From Spirochaetia bacterium (GTDB taxonomy: Bacteria > Spirochaetota > Spirochaetia > DSM-2461), in contig OY764216.1 in the NCBI GenBank assembly GCA_963668315.1, positions 3,712,001 through 3,776,000 of the forward strand: a stretch of DNA of 64,000 nt, in the 5' to 3' direction. Under the pieces are notes generated by a model. It was given only the letters and a program-made list of their open reading frames with translations. It made no database searches and was not told the DNA's origin. The position numbers were made by a program, and so were the translations under genes. Below, in pieces: positions 47,590 through 58,199 of the stretch (the first letter of the stretch is position 1; every line of letters starts with the position of its first letter).

Positions 47590-48663
47590 CTATTCGTCAT
47601 CAAGAACATCACGTATGGCTTCAAGGTATCCCGGGCCATATTTTCTATCTGGCTCTAAATAGTTACCTTCAGCCCATTCGTTCCAGGATTTGATAAATAC
47701 AATTCGATGTTTTTCGCCCTTCTTCATGATTTTGCTAACCATATTAGAAAAATAAGCTTTAAAGTACTCTGGTCGTGAATCCTCAAGTATCAATGCTTTC
47801 CTCCCCGAACGGGCAGAATGATCCCAATTTGGGTAAACACTAGGATAACAATATTCAAGAGAGTCTTCAGGACCTTCAAAATAACGAACCGCCTTTTTAT
47901 AGGGGATTCTTTTTAGTAAATGCAACTTTCGTATTACTCTTTTATGTGTCTTCCGAAAACCAGCATCATAAGCATTGAAGAGACGGTTAATATTAACAGC
48001 ATTGAATCCCTGCTCGTGTAATTCAGAAATTTGACTTGAACGATCTGTTTGACCAATAAAAAAAATTCCCTTTAATCCATTTTCTAGTGCGAGCCGGTTC
48101 CACAGATCAATGAATACCTTTGAATCAGGTAGCTCGTTAGGTTGGAATAATAAAAAAACGGGTTTATCATCTACTCTAAAATATCGAGGGTCCTTAAAGG
48201 CCTTGAGAACTGATTTAAAATGATTTATATAATCCTCTTCCCCTGGGTACTTTTGCTCGATAAGAAGGTTACGCTCATTATCACAACCATAGTCAAATCC
48301 TTTCCAGGAAGCATTCGCCCATCCCAGAAGAAAGGGAAAGTCAGGTTTTCCAGATTCAAGAACCTCTTGAAACGGTCTTTCGAGAATTCTTTTGCCATCT
48401 CCAAACCAGTAATGCCAATAGCAAAAGGCAGTGATCCCATATTGTTTTGCCATTTCAGCCTGAGCCATACGGCTTTCCGGCACACGTAAATCATAAAACC
48501 CAAGACTTGATGGGAGCTTTGGTTGATAATGGCCTCGATAAAGAGGTTTTGCCTTGGTGACGTTTGTCCATTCAGTAAATCCTGGCTCCCACCATTCATC
48601 GTTTTCAGGTACAGGATGGAATTGAGGTAGATAGAATGCAATAACTTTAACTTTAGGGTTCAT
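47590..48663 (-). CDS. WbsX-family (GH99-like TIM barrel) protein
   Basis: IAFYLPQFHP..END.WW..GFTEWTNV, GFYDLR, FCYWHYWF, WAN.SW, PNWDHSAR, KSWNEWAEGNYLEPD. Confidence 0.85.
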   Translation of the reverse strand: MNPKVKVIAFYLPQFHPVPENDEWWEPGFTEWTNVTKAKPLYRGHYQPKLPSSLGFYDLRVPESRMAQAEMAKQYGITAFCYWHYWFGDGKRILERPFQEVLESGKPDFPFLLGWANASWKGFDYGCDNERNLLIEQKYPGEEDYINHFKSVLKAFKDPRYFRVDDKPVFLLFQPNELPDSKVFIDLWNRLALENGLKGIFFIGQTDRSSQISELHEQGFNAVNINRLFNAYDAGFRKTHKRVIRKLHLLKRIPYKKAVRYFEGPEDSLEYCYPSVYPNWDHSARSGRKALILEDSRPEYFKAYFSNMVSKIMKKGEKHRIVFIKSWNEWAEGNYLEPDRKYGPGYLEAIRDVLDDE

Positions 48664-48670
48664 GAAGTTT

Positions 48671-48699
48671 ATGATAAGAAAAGATTTATTTTATGTCAA
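48671..48699 (-). promoter_or_regulatory. sigma70 promoter of wbsX-like gene, apparently leaderless
   Basis: TTGACA-17-TATCAT-7 nt-ATG(48663). Confidence 0.65.
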
Positions 48700-48738
48700 A
48701 TGTATTTATGAAAAAATGGATTTTCTCTATAAGAGAAT

Positions 48739-49455
48739 CTATTTTGAAATGTGATAATCAGTCTTTATTATTTTAATAATAAGTTCCTTTACATTACATA
48801 ATACATCATCCTTGCTAAGCCCAGAGCTATTCAAGTAATACAGTTTTCTGTAAAGTCGATTATCTTTCAAAATAACAGCCCCAGCTTTTTTGAACTTTCC
48901 AAGAGCGGCAACCCTTTCATCACTATCGATTCTCTCTATTCGACTTTGAGTTCCCGCTCTCATATTCATCCGATTCAAAGATTCTTCAAGTGAAATATCA
49001 ATTTGGATAACCGCGTCATTTATATTCGAACACATAAGTGAATCAATGCAAATATCCTGAAGGTTACTCATACCAGAACTATATAACAAAGAGATGAAAG
49101 CTTGTACCTTTCCCTGGTCAAATAGAACAACAGTGTTCTGATACCTAGATAATCTATAACGTCGGTATAAGGCAAAAACATAGACTAGATTTAATAATTG
49201 AGAAATAATATTTTTATTACTCGTTTGACAGGATGTTATTACTACTTTGCATATACGCAGGAAAAATAAAGGATGAATACATAAAAAGAATGAGGACACT
49301 TTTACCTTATGCATGATCCGATGGATCTTACTCATATTACTGGTATGATATATCCAATTTATAACTTCATACCCCTGAGAACGAAGCCAAGGTTCTAATT
49401 CCCTGCATAACGTACTCTTTCCCGATCCGGGCAAACCGGTAAACTCAATAATCAT
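48739..49455 (-). CDS. P-loop nucleotide-kinase-like protein
   Basis: IIEFTGLPGSGKSTL, VLFDQG, lid-like SLNRMNMR. Confidence 0.55.
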   Translation of the reverse strand: MIIEFTGLPGSGKSTLCRELEPWLRSQGYEVINWIYHTSNMSKIHRIMHKVKVSSFFLCIHPLFFLRICKVVITSCQTSNKNIISQLLNLVYVFALYRRYRLSRYQNTVVLFDQGKVQAFISLLYSSGMSNLQDICIDSLMCSNINDAVIQIDISLEESLNRMNMRAGTQSRIERIDSDERVAALGKFKKAGAVILKDNRLYRKLYYLNSSGLSKDDVLCNVKELIIKIIKTDYHISK

Positions 49456-50529
49456 CTATTCGCCTATAATCTCATTCATGATAGCTTCAAATCGATCATC
49501 AAGAGAATCCATCTGCATTCTATAAGCAGAGAAAGCATTTTCAACAATCTCCAGCCTCTCTTTGTCATGGTTTAAATAGTAGTGAGCTTTGTCTGTCAAA
49601 TCACTGCAGTCCCACTTAAAAGGGACATAGGTTTCTTCTGGCTTAAAGACATCAGGCCATGTTTCGATATGTGACATATCCGGTTTTAGAAGTAGAGAGC
49701 GATTATATACAGCTTCAAAATCTCGTTTACACAATTCACCCCAGCCGAAAGGACTAAGAATAATCTTGGACTTATTTATTTCCTTATTAAACTGATGCTG
49801 TGAAACTCGTCCATAAAGAAAATCGGGATTATCCTTGATGATCTCTACGATCATTTTTCTCTGATGGTGGATGGATTTCGGAGCGGGAAATCCCATTCTG
49901 GCGTTAACTGCCATGGGCTTGGGATCTTCCGGCCGGGCAGCTCCTTTCCAGAAATCCCTATGGTAGAATATTTTTGCCAGCTTAACATGAAATATCCTTG
50001 CCAGGGCTACTCCCGCCCTCTGAGCATAACGGGCATTGGGAAAATCGGCTACACCAATGTTCCATGAAAGCCTTAGCTTTTGCAAATCCTCATCACTTTC
50101 GGGTAACTGGCGTTCTCTCGGATTATCATCAATAACACCGTAATTATCATGATAATATTGAGAGAAAAGTTCGTCTCCGTAATATACCTTTTTGTGCAGT
50201 GACCGATCCTTAAAAAGAGATTTATTATAGAACAGATCAACATAGGGTAAGACTTCTGGTCTTATGATAGAACCGCCGGCGTTACCATTGAAAAAAGCAA
50301 TTCGTCGATATTTCTTCCGTACCGCTTTGAGAAAATCGAAATCCACTTTATCTGGCTTGAGAAACCATCGCAGCATGATGAGAGTGTCGTTCTTATCCTT
50401 ATTCAGTACATAATCGGGATCGCTTGTATAGACGAATTGCTTTTTTCGATGTTTTGAATAAAGAAAAGGTTTTAAGGTGTGGTATACGGAGATACGATCG
50501 TATATGGATAGAACAGTTATTTTATTCAT
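49456..50529 (-). CDS. Glycosyltransferase-like protein (GT-B C-terminal domain)
   Basis: SKIILSPFGWGELCKRDFEA, LLKPDMSHIETWP, ERLEIVENA. Confidence 0.55.
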   Translation of the reverse strand: MNKITVLSIYDRISVYHTLKPFLYSKHRKKQFVYTSDPDYVLNKDKNDTLIMLRWFLKPDKVDFDFLKAVRKKYRRIAFFNGNAGGSIIRPEVLPYVDLFYNKSLFKDRSLHKKVYYGDELFSQYYHDNYGVIDDNPRERQLPESDEDLQKLRLSWNIGVADFPNARYAQRAGVALARIFHVKLAKIFYHRDFWKGAARPEDPKPMAVNARMGFPAPKSIHHQRKMIVEIIKDNPDFLYGRVSQHQFNKEINKSKIILSPFGWGELCKRDFEAVYNRSLLLKPDMSHIETWPDVFKPEETYVPFKWDCSDLTDKAHYYLNHDKERLEIVENAFSAYRMQMDSLDDRFEAIMNEIIGE

Positions 50530-50548
50530 TTACTATTCCTCATTAATT

Positions 50549-51511
50549 CTAACTATCCTTTTTTAATAATACATTATTCTTAATAAATCTCTTCAATTTT
50601 AATAAAGGTTTTCTGATACAATAGTATTTCGTTATAGTAAAATACCTAGCAATAAAACTTCTCATAATAATTTTATTATCAACCGGAAAAATTATATCTT
50701 CATATTTTTCTTTATTATTTACAATGTATTCTGGGAGATATTTTCTATTCACGGAAACTGGTAAAAACCTATTTTTTGTTGGCCGTGTTAAATCATATCC
50801 TTTCAACATCATCTTTTTTATATATTCTTCTGAATTATAATTTGCATTATTAAATTCTTGATGGGAAAAAGAAGATAACTTTTCCTTGATTTTTTCCATT
50901 CCTCCAAGATAGGTAAAATGCCATCCGCCATCTGGGAGAACAGGAAGATTCTCAAGAAAACGAATCTTTGTTGGGGTTGTATTCTCATTTAGATAATCAA
51001 TCATATTCTCAGAATATTCATATTTATATTCCTCTGCCATATTATTAATTATAACTTTATATTTCATTATATTTGCTAAATCCCAATATTTCCCAGTAAC
51101 AGCTTTATAATTTAAAAAAAAAGAATAAAAATCCTGTTTTATTTTATATATTCCTTCGCCATTGAATTTTTTAATTATCTTAGGATTAACAATTTCATCC
51201 AAATCAGAAATAATGATAATGTCTTCAGGATCACAGTTTTTTAATCCTTTTAGGATTTCATTTCTTTGAAAATTTTCAAAAGTCCATGATGTTTTATACT
51301 CTGGATATTCATGGATCTCAATATATATAATTTTATCAAGAAAACGACTAAATCTTTTTCGATTATCCTTAAAATGAAGCGGTTTACCCTTGTTCGAATG
51401 AGTCTTATCAGCTTCCACTAACACAAAATAATCAACATAAGGATCTAATATATTTAATCTAATTTCCAAAAGATCCAGTTCATTAAAAAATGTAAAGCAA
51501 TCGTAAATCAT
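50549..51511 (-). CDS. GT17-family (beta-1,4-GlcNAc transferase, MGAT3-like) protein
   Basis: MIYDCFTFFNELDLLEIRL, FVLVEA..THS..KPL, ENFQRN, ISDLDEI, GGWHFTY, KLSSFSHQE; ATGA overlap with upstream gene. Confidence 0.8.
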   Translation of the reverse strand: MIYDCFTFFNELDLLEIRLNILDPYVDYFVLVEADKTHSNKGKPLHFKDNRKRFSRFLDKIIYIEIHEYPEYKTSWTFENFQRNEILKGLKNCDPEDIIIISDLDEIVNPKIIKKFNGEGIYKIKQDFYSFFLNYKAVTGKYWDLANIMKYKVIINNMAEEYKYEYSENMIDYLNENTTPTKIRFLENLPVLPDGGWHFTYLGGMEKIKEKLSSFSHQEFNNANYNSEEYIKKMMLKGYDLTRPTKNRFLPVSVNRKYLPEYIVNNKEKYEDIIFPVDNKIIMRSFIARYFTITKYYCIRKPLLKLKRFIKNNVLLKKDS

Positions 51512-52536
51512 ATATCTTCCTTTTGAAATCCAACTATTGAACTGAAAATATTCATGACCTTTTCTGGAGAAAATCTTTCTGAATAACAATCCAAATCCAT
51601 ATCTATATATTTTTTTTTATCAAATGTTAAAATTTTTCGCACCAATGTTTTATATGATGAATAAGTTAATGCTTTTTTACCTAAAAAATTTAGATGGGCG
51701 GTTGCATAAATATGTTTTTTATTTCTCAGGTAGCGACCGAAAGTATTTATTTTAAATTTGAAATTGTGCATCCAATTGGGTTTCCAAGTAATTATAGGTT
51801 TATTCTTAACAGAAAACTCAGCAATTGATAAACCAAATGTTTCTCCATCGCTTCGAGCATGTATCATAGCATCGCAAGAATTAATAAACCTTTCTTTATA
51901 CTTAATATCTGTATTTTTTGGTAAAAAAATTATTCTTCGATCATCAGCAAAAGACTGGAAATTTAAAAAAACGAAATATATATCTTCTCTTTTGTTTATA
52001 ATTTCTTTTATAGCTCTATGAACAAAGGGTATATCAAATTGGGTCTTCCCTCCATACCCACCAAATACTGTGGCATCTTGAGGAATCCCTAATTCCATTC
52101 TGAGCGTTCCTTCTTCGCCCATACTCTTTTTAACAATATGTGGTAAAACAGGATAAGAAGTTCTGTAAAAACGATTTAAAAAAGATGAAATAGGAACATA
52201 GTAATCACCATATTTTGACCTTGTATCAAATACACAATGAAGAAAGGATGGAATGTTCTTCGTGAGTAACGGTTCTTTCACACCAGATATTATTTGATAA
52301 ATCAATTCTATATCATTTACCTCTATGAAAGTTTCAATTTCTTTTATTGAGCTATATAATAGCACAGTAAATTCTTTTTCAAATTTAGCAAGTACTATTG
52401 GATCAACTATATTACCCACTGGGGCCGCAATAAAAGATATTCCGTTCAAATAATTCTGATTCCCTAATGCATAATCATAAAGTGCAATTTCCGTACCCCT
52501 TTCTGAAATTTGGTTACTATGAAAAAGTATATTCAT
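51508..52536 (-). CDS. GT-B glycosyltransferase
   Basis: RGTEIALYDYA, HCVF, VFGGYGG, CDAMIHARSDGETFGLSIAEF. Confidence 0.65.
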   Translation of the reverse strand: MNILFHSNQISERGTEIALYDYALGNQNYLNGISFIAAPVGNIVDPIVLAKFEKEFTVLLYSSIKEIETFIEVNDIELIYQIISGVKEPLLTKNIPSFLHCVFDTRSKYGDYYVPISSFLNRFYRTSYPVLPHIVKKSMGEEGTLRMELGIPQDATVFGGYGGKTQFDIPFVHRAIKEIINKREDIYFVFLNFQSFADDRRIIFLPKNTDIKYKERFINSCDAMIHARSDGETFGLSIAEFSVKNKPIITWKPNWMHNFKFKINTFGRYLRNKKHIYATAHLNFLGKKALTYSSYKTLVRKILTFDKKKYIDMDLDCYSERFSPEKVMNIFSSIVGFQKEDI

Positions 52537-52549
52537 TTTTGTATTCCTA

Positions 52550-53704
52550 TTAGTTTTTTTTCGCCATAATCAGTAATGCCTCTTCCCACATGCCAGACCA
52601 ATCAAAGTGAAATTGAGCCTGTCTTTCTGCACATAGCTCTCTCACATGATTGTAGTACTCCCGGGATTTATACATTTTCTCCAGGGTAGCTGCTAGTTCA
52701 ACAGAATCCTGGACTGGAAAGAGCAGTTCATCCTTTTCCAGCATATCCGGAATACCTCCGGCCCTGCTACCTATAACAGGAATTCCCGAGTGAAGCGCTT
52801 CCAACACGGTATCGGGGTAACTGTCAAATATGGAAGGGACCACCATTAGGTCAGATTCTCTTAGATAATCAAAGGGATTTGAGACACGACCTTGAAATCT
52901 GATTCTCTCTTCCATCTTTTGTTCTCGAATATAACCTAGATAAATTTCTTTTTTCCCCGGCCCCAGGACATCCAGCTCTATATCTTTGATACCCCTTTCG
53001 TTAAGACGTCCCAGTGCTTTAAGAAGATAAATAATCCCCTTTCTTTCACCTAACGCTCCCAGAAACACGATTTTCTTCAGAAATTTACTCTCATTACAGT
53101 TCTCCCATTCCTTTTTAAAACGGGGTAGACCAATATTTCCTCTGATTATGACAGACTTTTCGACAGCCTTTGGATTTCTTTTACAGAAGTCATCCCTGTC
53201 ATAGGGACTCTGAAATACTATGGAATCTGCGTTAGCGGTAATTCTCTTTTCATACCAGAAATGGACAAGCAGCCTATATAGCGTTCTTAGTTTTAATCGA
53301 TTTGGAGAAGATTCCTTTAGCGCAATTAATAAAGACCTAACGACATTATTTCGGTGAGCGTAAAGCAGGGGTATCCCATATTTCTTTCGTAACCAGGCTG
53401 CCGTTTTAAGATGTGTCTCCCCATGAATCATAATCACTTCATTTCTGCTTATTTCCCCAAGCACAGATGGAGGGAGATTTTTCACAGCTTTGGCAAAACG
53501 GAAAGATTTAGGGTATTTATCTTCATGTTTATAGGAACATTTTACTTTTATAACCTTAGCATTTGTAATTTCATAGTTCAATTCCTCACTAATAATACCG
53601 GTTACTTCGTTTCCACGAGCCGCCAGATCATCCATGAGTTCGAGATAACGGCGTTGACCGCCGGTTCTTACTTCGTTATTTAAAAAGGGACATAGGATTT
53701 TCAC
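52550..53704 (-). CDS. GT4 glycosyltransferase
   Basis: TGGQRR, FLGALGERKG, VPSIFDSYPDTVLEALHSGIPVIGSRAGGIP. Confidence 0.8.
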   Translation of the reverse strand: MKILCPFLNNEVRTGGQRRYLELMDDLAARGNEVTGIISEELNYEITNAKVIKVKCSYKHEDKYPKSFRFAKAVKNLPPSVLGEISRNEVIMIHGETHLKTAAWLRKKYGIPLLYAHRNNVVRSLLIALKESSPNRLKLRTLYRLLVHFWYEKRITANADSIVFQSPYDRDDFCKRNPKAVEKSVIIRGNIGLPRFKKEWENCNESKFLKKIVFLGALGERKGIIYLLKALGRLNERGIKDIELDVLGPGKKEIYLGYIREQKMEERIRFQGRVSNPFDYLRESDLMVVPSIFDSYPDTVLEALHSGIPVIGSRAGGIPDMLEKDELLFPVQDSVELAATLEKMYKSREYYNHVRELCAERQAQFHFDWSGMWEEALLIMAKKN

Positions 53705-54678
53705 TTGTCACAATACTCTGCTTTAGATTTTTTTATTCTCTTATACATCTTAGAATTATAGGGAATGAGAATATTTAATACCAGTTCTATAATTCTCAAT
53801 CTCAAGCTGTGGGATTTTAACTTCCATTTTGGTTTGGGAAGCTTTCCCGCACAATTGGGATAATCAAGCTTTAGAAAAAACAGAATATCAGGGTTCACTG
53901 TATACTGTTTTGATTCTATATTTTGAGAAAAGGTATTAATTAATGCTCTCCCTCGGGTATCATTACCCCAAGTCGCAGCAAAATGATGACATAAGCATGT
54001 ATTTACTGAATAACTTGATATAATTTTATCAGGACCTCTATATGCTGATCTAGTAGTGACGGGTGAAAAATAATCCTGTGGATAAATTTTAATCCCGTTA
54101 TCAATGACAGGTTCCTGGATTCCCCGGAAGCGACCTTTCTTTGCTTTCGTAGGGATACCGGAAGTTTCCTTTTCAATAAAGAAGAGCGACATTAGTTGTG
54201 GCATGGGAAATTTTTTAATGATGTGACTTAAAGGGCCGGAAAAGGACTTTTCATATAAATCCATCATGAAGTCAAGAATTTCATGACTATCAGAGCCACC
54301 CAATCCCATAGAATGGGCAGTTAGAAAACCGTTAAACCTGCTTTCAATACCAATGAACAAATCATATTCATCGGATTTTTCAGCCTCTTCAAAAAGATTT
54401 CGAAATACGGATCCCTTCAAGATTTCAATATCCGCATCGAGATAAACACCCCCGTATTGTTTTAGTAACCAACAGCGAAAATAATCACTTAAAAAAGCAT
54501 GATTTTTCTCTCGGGCCATTTTTACCGTAAATGGATTCAAATCCAGGGGAAGATTATCCTTATTCCATTCCATTATGGTAAAATCTGGTAACTCCCTTTT
54601 CCAGCTCTCCAGAAAAGGAAGAAAAGGATCCTCCCCATCATCAAAATTGAAGAAAATACGATGAAGTATCTTTCCCAT
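53701..54678 (-). CDS. GT32 (OCH1-like, DxD) glycosyltransferase
   Basis: KILHRIF, SWKRELPDF..MEWN, AFLSDYFR..LL..YGGVYLDADIE, HHFAATW. Confidence 0.8.
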   Translation of the reverse strand: MGKILHRIFFNFDDGEDPFLPFLESWKRELPDFTIMEWNKDNLPLDLNPFTVKMAREKNHAFLSDYFRCWLLKQYGGVYLDADIEILKGSVFRNLFEEAEKSDEYDLFIGIESRFNGFLTAHSMGLGGSDSHEILDFMMDLYEKSFSGPLSHIIKKFPMPQLMSLFFIEKETSGIPTKAKKGRFRGIQEPVIDNGIKIYPQDYFSPVTTRSAYRGPDKIISSYSVNTCLCHHFAATWGNDTRGRALINTFSQNIESKQYTVNPDILFFLKLDYPNCAGKLPKPKWKLKSHSLRLRIIELVLNILIPYNSKMYKRIKKSKAEYCDK

Positions 54679-54680
54679 TG

Positions 54681-55643
54681 CTACACGAACTTTCTAAAAT
54701 AACTGATGGTTTCTTTCAAACCATCCTCTAAAGAAACCTTAGGCTCCCATTGAAGTTTCTCTTTTGCCAGTGTGATATCGGGTTTTCTCTTTTTTGGATC
54801 ATCCTGAGGCAGCGGCTGAAAAATGATCTTTGAATGACCGCCAACAATTTTTAGCACTAACTCAGCTAGCTCCAACATGGTAAACTCACCGGGATTACCA
54901 ATATTAACTGGCCCCAGAAAATCTTTCTCTGAATTCATCATTCGCATCATACCATCAATAAGATCGTCAACATAACAAAACGAACGAGTCTGTAGTCCAT
55001 CACCGAATATAGTAATATCATTGCCACGTAAGGCCTGCATAATGAAATTACTAACCACCCTTCCATCATTGGGATGCATTCTCGGTCCGTATGTATTAAA
55101 AATACGAATAACTTTTATTTCTAGCCCATTTTGCCTATGATAATCAAAGAAAAGAGTTTCGGCACATCTTTTTCCCTCGTCATAGCAGGAACGTATCCCT
55201 ATGGTATTCACATTGCCCCAATAAGATTCCACCTGAGGGTGAATAGCGGGATCTCCATAAACTTCACTTGTGGAAGCCTGAAGGATTCTTGCGCTCGTTC
55301 TCTTTGCTAGTCCCAGCATATTAATGGCACCGTGAACGCTTGTCTTGGTCGTCTGAACCGGATCATATTGGTAATGGGGGGGACTGGCGGGGCAGGCTAA
55401 ATTAAATATACGATCTACTTCAATATAATAGGGAAAAGTGACATCGTGCCTGACAACTTCAAAATAAGGACTATCCATCAAATGGGCAATATTCTCTTTC
55501 TGACCCGTAAAAAAATTATCAAGGCAAATAACATCGTTGCCCTCATTCAGTAATTTCTCACAAAGATGGCTTCCGAGGAAGCCGGCGCCTCCGGTTACTA
55601 ATACTCTCGTTCGCAATGAGTAGACTTTACGTAGATTCTCCAT
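54681..55643 (-). CDS. uxs: UDP-glucuronate decarboxylase (UDP-xylose synthase)
   Basis: [65 protein letters not shown]. Confidence 0.9.
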   Translation of the reverse strand: MENLRKVYSLRTRVLVTGGAGFLGSHLCEKLLNEGNDVICLDNFFTGQKENIAHLMDSPYFEVVRHDVTFPYYIEVDRIFNLACPASPPHYQYDPVQTTKTSVHGAINMLGLAKRTSARILQASTSEVYGDPAIHPQVESYWGNVNTIGIRSCYDEGKRCAETLFFDYHRQNGLEIKVIRIFNTYGPRMHPNDGRVVSNFIMQALRGNDITIFGDGLQTRSFCYVDDLIDGMMRMMNSEKDFLGPVNIGNPGEFTMLELAELVLKIVGGHSKIIFQPLPQDDPKKRKPDITLAKEKLQWEPKVSLEDGLKETISYFRKFV

Positions 55644-56560
55644 TAGCACACTCCCTTTATTTTTCTGACCATATGTTTATATTCTCTCTTATCCATCAGT
55701 CTGTATTCTTTATGCTTACTGGCTGTTTTAGATTTGAAAAGAATTATATTCACGAACTGCTTCATAATACGATATACACTAAATATAAAATGCGAAATCA
55801 TTATACCAGATCGGCCGAAATATTTATACAAATAATAGTACTTACTTTGAAATACTGTAGGCTTTGAATCTTTGAGAAACTCAAGAGAAGCCCCTTTTAC
55901 ATGCATAATAGTCACCTGAGGAAGAGAATAAATAGTAAAACCTTTCTTTTTGACGCAATAGGATAAATCTGCTTCTTCGTAGTACATAAAATACGCGGGA
56001 TCAAATCCCTTTACATCAAGAAACATCTCTTTGGAAATAAAGAGATCGGCTCCGGTTATATACCCCACGGGCATAACCTGTCCCCTATGATTATATTCCC
56101 AGCTGCAGCCGTATTTCAGTCTGAATAACCAGGGGAAAAAGCGAAAGAGATCATCCCAGGGACCGGGAAGGAAAGGATTAAAACTATGAACAGGATGACC
56201 ATTTAAATCGGTTAAATTCCCCCCGCATATGCCTGCATCGGGATTATTTTTCAGGAATTCTTCTAGTAAATAAACTGCATTGTTAAGTAAACGAGTATCA
56301 CTATTGAGAAAGAATAAATAATCTCCCGATGCTTTCTCCACTGCCAGATTATTGGCTTTCCCAAAACCAAGATTTTCCTGAATAGAGATAAGAATAACAT
56401 GGGGAAATTTTTCCCTTACCATTGCTACCGAATTATCTGAAGAAGCATTATCGACAACGAGAATTTCAAATGTGATCTTCTTTGTATGTTCATAAACCGA
56501 GGTAAGACAATCCTTGAGTAATTGACAGGTATTATAATTAACGATAATTATTGAAACCAT
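55643..56560 (-). CDS. GT2 glycosyltransferase (WbbL-like)
   Basis: [42 protein letters not shown]. Confidence 0.8.
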   Translation of the reverse strand: MVSIIIVNYNTCQLLKDCLTSVYEHTKKITFEILVVDNASSDNSVAMVREKFPHVILISIQENLGFGKANNLAVEKASGDYLFFLNSDTRLLNNAVYLLEEFLKNNPDAGICGGNLTDLNGHPVHSFNPFLPGPWDDLFRFFPWLFRLKYGCSWEYNHRGQVMPVGYITGADLFISKEMFLDVKGFDPAYFMYYEEADLSYCVKKKGFTIYSLPQVTIMHVKGASLEFLKDSKPTVFQSKYYYLYKYFGRSGIMISHFIFSVYRIMKQFVNIILFKSKTASKHKEYRLMDKREYKHMVRKIKGVC

Positions 56561-57336
56561 TAACCGTTCTTCCAATCAACCACAGGCGATAACCATTTTA
56601 TCTCGGCATGAGTCGAATGGGCGGGAACCGCAGAGAGCAATGTTCTCTGCCCTCTTTTTAATAACCAGTTTTTGAAAACGATTAGAAATTCCCTTCTCCG
56701 CCCCATGGTTAGTAAAATCAAGGCTGATTTTAACTCATTCTGAGTAAGTTCCATGAAAGCATGAAAATCATCGGGGATCCTGCCGTTCATATACTTCATC
56801 CAAACAGGATAATCTCTTTTAAGGGTAGAAACTTTAACTGCAAATGTCATCGTTGTCGAATCGACCGTTCTCCAATGACTTCCCTGAGTCACGAAAAGGG
56901 TTACCGGTTTAAGTCTTTTATGATTAAATCGATTGCCCCCATCATGATTTATTATATATTTGTCTGGATGGTCATATAATGTCACATAATCCCCAATCTC
57001 CAGAGCTTCATTTATAAGTACACGGCTGCCATCAAGATGAACATAATCATCTTCAAGAAGGTAAACACAATCATCAGATTTATGACTACCAATTATCTTA
57101 TCAACCATAAAAATAAAGGAACCGCAATTTCCCAAGGACGTCTCTTCATAGGGGATTTTGTGTTCTTTTAAATAATCGATAGTTTCCGGGTTACAATTAT
57201 CTGCGATAACCCAAAAGTTCTCCTTGCCGAATTCTTTAATGGCATTCTCCATGCAGTAGAATTTATCAGCATAGTTTAATTTTTCCTTGGGATTTCCCTT
57301 ATCGGATATACGGTAATATACAATTAACGACTTCAT
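56560..57336 (-). CDS. GT-A-like hypothetical glycosyltransferase
   Basis: YYRISD, IADN, LGNCGSF, YLLEDDYVH, YVTLYDHPDKY, STTMTFA. Confidence 0.5.
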   Translation of the reverse strand: MKSLIVYYRISDKGNPKEKLNYADKFYCMENAIKEFGKENFWVIADNCNPETIDYLKEHKIPYEETSLGNCGSFIFMVDKIIGSHKSDDCVYLLEDDYVHLDGSRVLINEALEIGDYVTLYDHPDKYIINHDGGNRFNHKRLKPVTLFVTQGSHWRTVDSTTMTFAVKVSTLKRDYPVWMKYMNGRIPDDFHAFMELTQNELKSALILLTMGRRREFLIVFKNWLLKRGQRTLLSAVPAHSTHAEIKWLSPVVDWKNG

Positions 57337-58190
57337 TTTTTTAACCCCATTATTTTCATTATTTTCCGTTTAATTCTTACATGCAAAGGCCATCGGGGTT
57401 TTTGTTTAAAACGGCTCCCCCCCATGGCAAGCCAACGCTCATAATTGGCATCAAACTGATCATTTTGCAATCCATTCCAAAACTTGGTTCTTCCCCAGGC
57501 GTGGAGGATTTTTGCCTCATCTGCATGGGGAGTTAACAGAGGATGGCTGCAATAGGGGTCAGACTCTATTACTTCTGTATCAATATGAAATTCTTGTAAA
57601 GCCAAATCGAATATACCTTGCTCGGGATATTTCAGAAGAGACGCTAATTCCTTTGTCTTTTGATAGCACCAATTATATATATTCATATAATCGGGAAGAC
57701 TGTCATGAAGAATCATTAAAGCCGCACTGATACCAGCTTTCTCCATATCGTAATCTTTAACAGGCTCATGAAATTGATCCTTCACAATTCCTTCTTTTGA
57801 AAACATAGCTTTAAAAGATATTTTTTCATCAAGCAATTCAGAGATATCATCCCGCAGAACAATATCATAATCCGTATATATAACTTGATGGTAATCATTT
57901 AATAATTTAAACACTTCAAATTTGGCATAGACCATCTTTGTAAAATAATTCAAAGTACCATCATGAAATAATCTGGCATCCAAAGGAAAATCATATTTGA
58001 TAAATCTCGTTTGATAAATATTACTTAGTTTTAATTTATCCTTCTTCCCAATTCCATCATGAATAATAACAAATTCATCAAACGTAAACCTGGAATACTT
58101 TACAACATCCATCATAACGGAAGCAATAGCAAAAGAAATGTCTTTCGTTCCGCAGAAAACTATGGCTCTATTTTTTTTTATATAACTCAT
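57333..58190 (-). CDS. GT8 glycosyltransferase
   Basis: YAKFEVF, IYTDYDIV (DxD), PEQGIF, ILHAWG..KFW. Confidence 0.7.
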   Translation of the reverse strand: MSYIKKNRAIVFCGTKDISFAIASVMMDVVKYSRFTFDEFVIIHDGIGKKDKLKLSNIYQTRFIKYDFPLDARLFHDGTLNYFTKMVYAKFEVFKLLNDYHQVIYTDYDIVLRDDISELLDEKISFKAMFSKEGIVKDQFHEPVKDYDMEKAGISAALMILHDSLPDYMNIYNWCYQKTKELASLLKYPEQGIFDLALQEFHIDTEVIESDPYCSHPLLTPHADEAKILHAWGRTKFWNGLQNDQFDANYERWLAMGGSRFKQKPRWPLHVRIKRKIMKIMGLKK

Positions 58191-58199
58191 TTCCTACCC

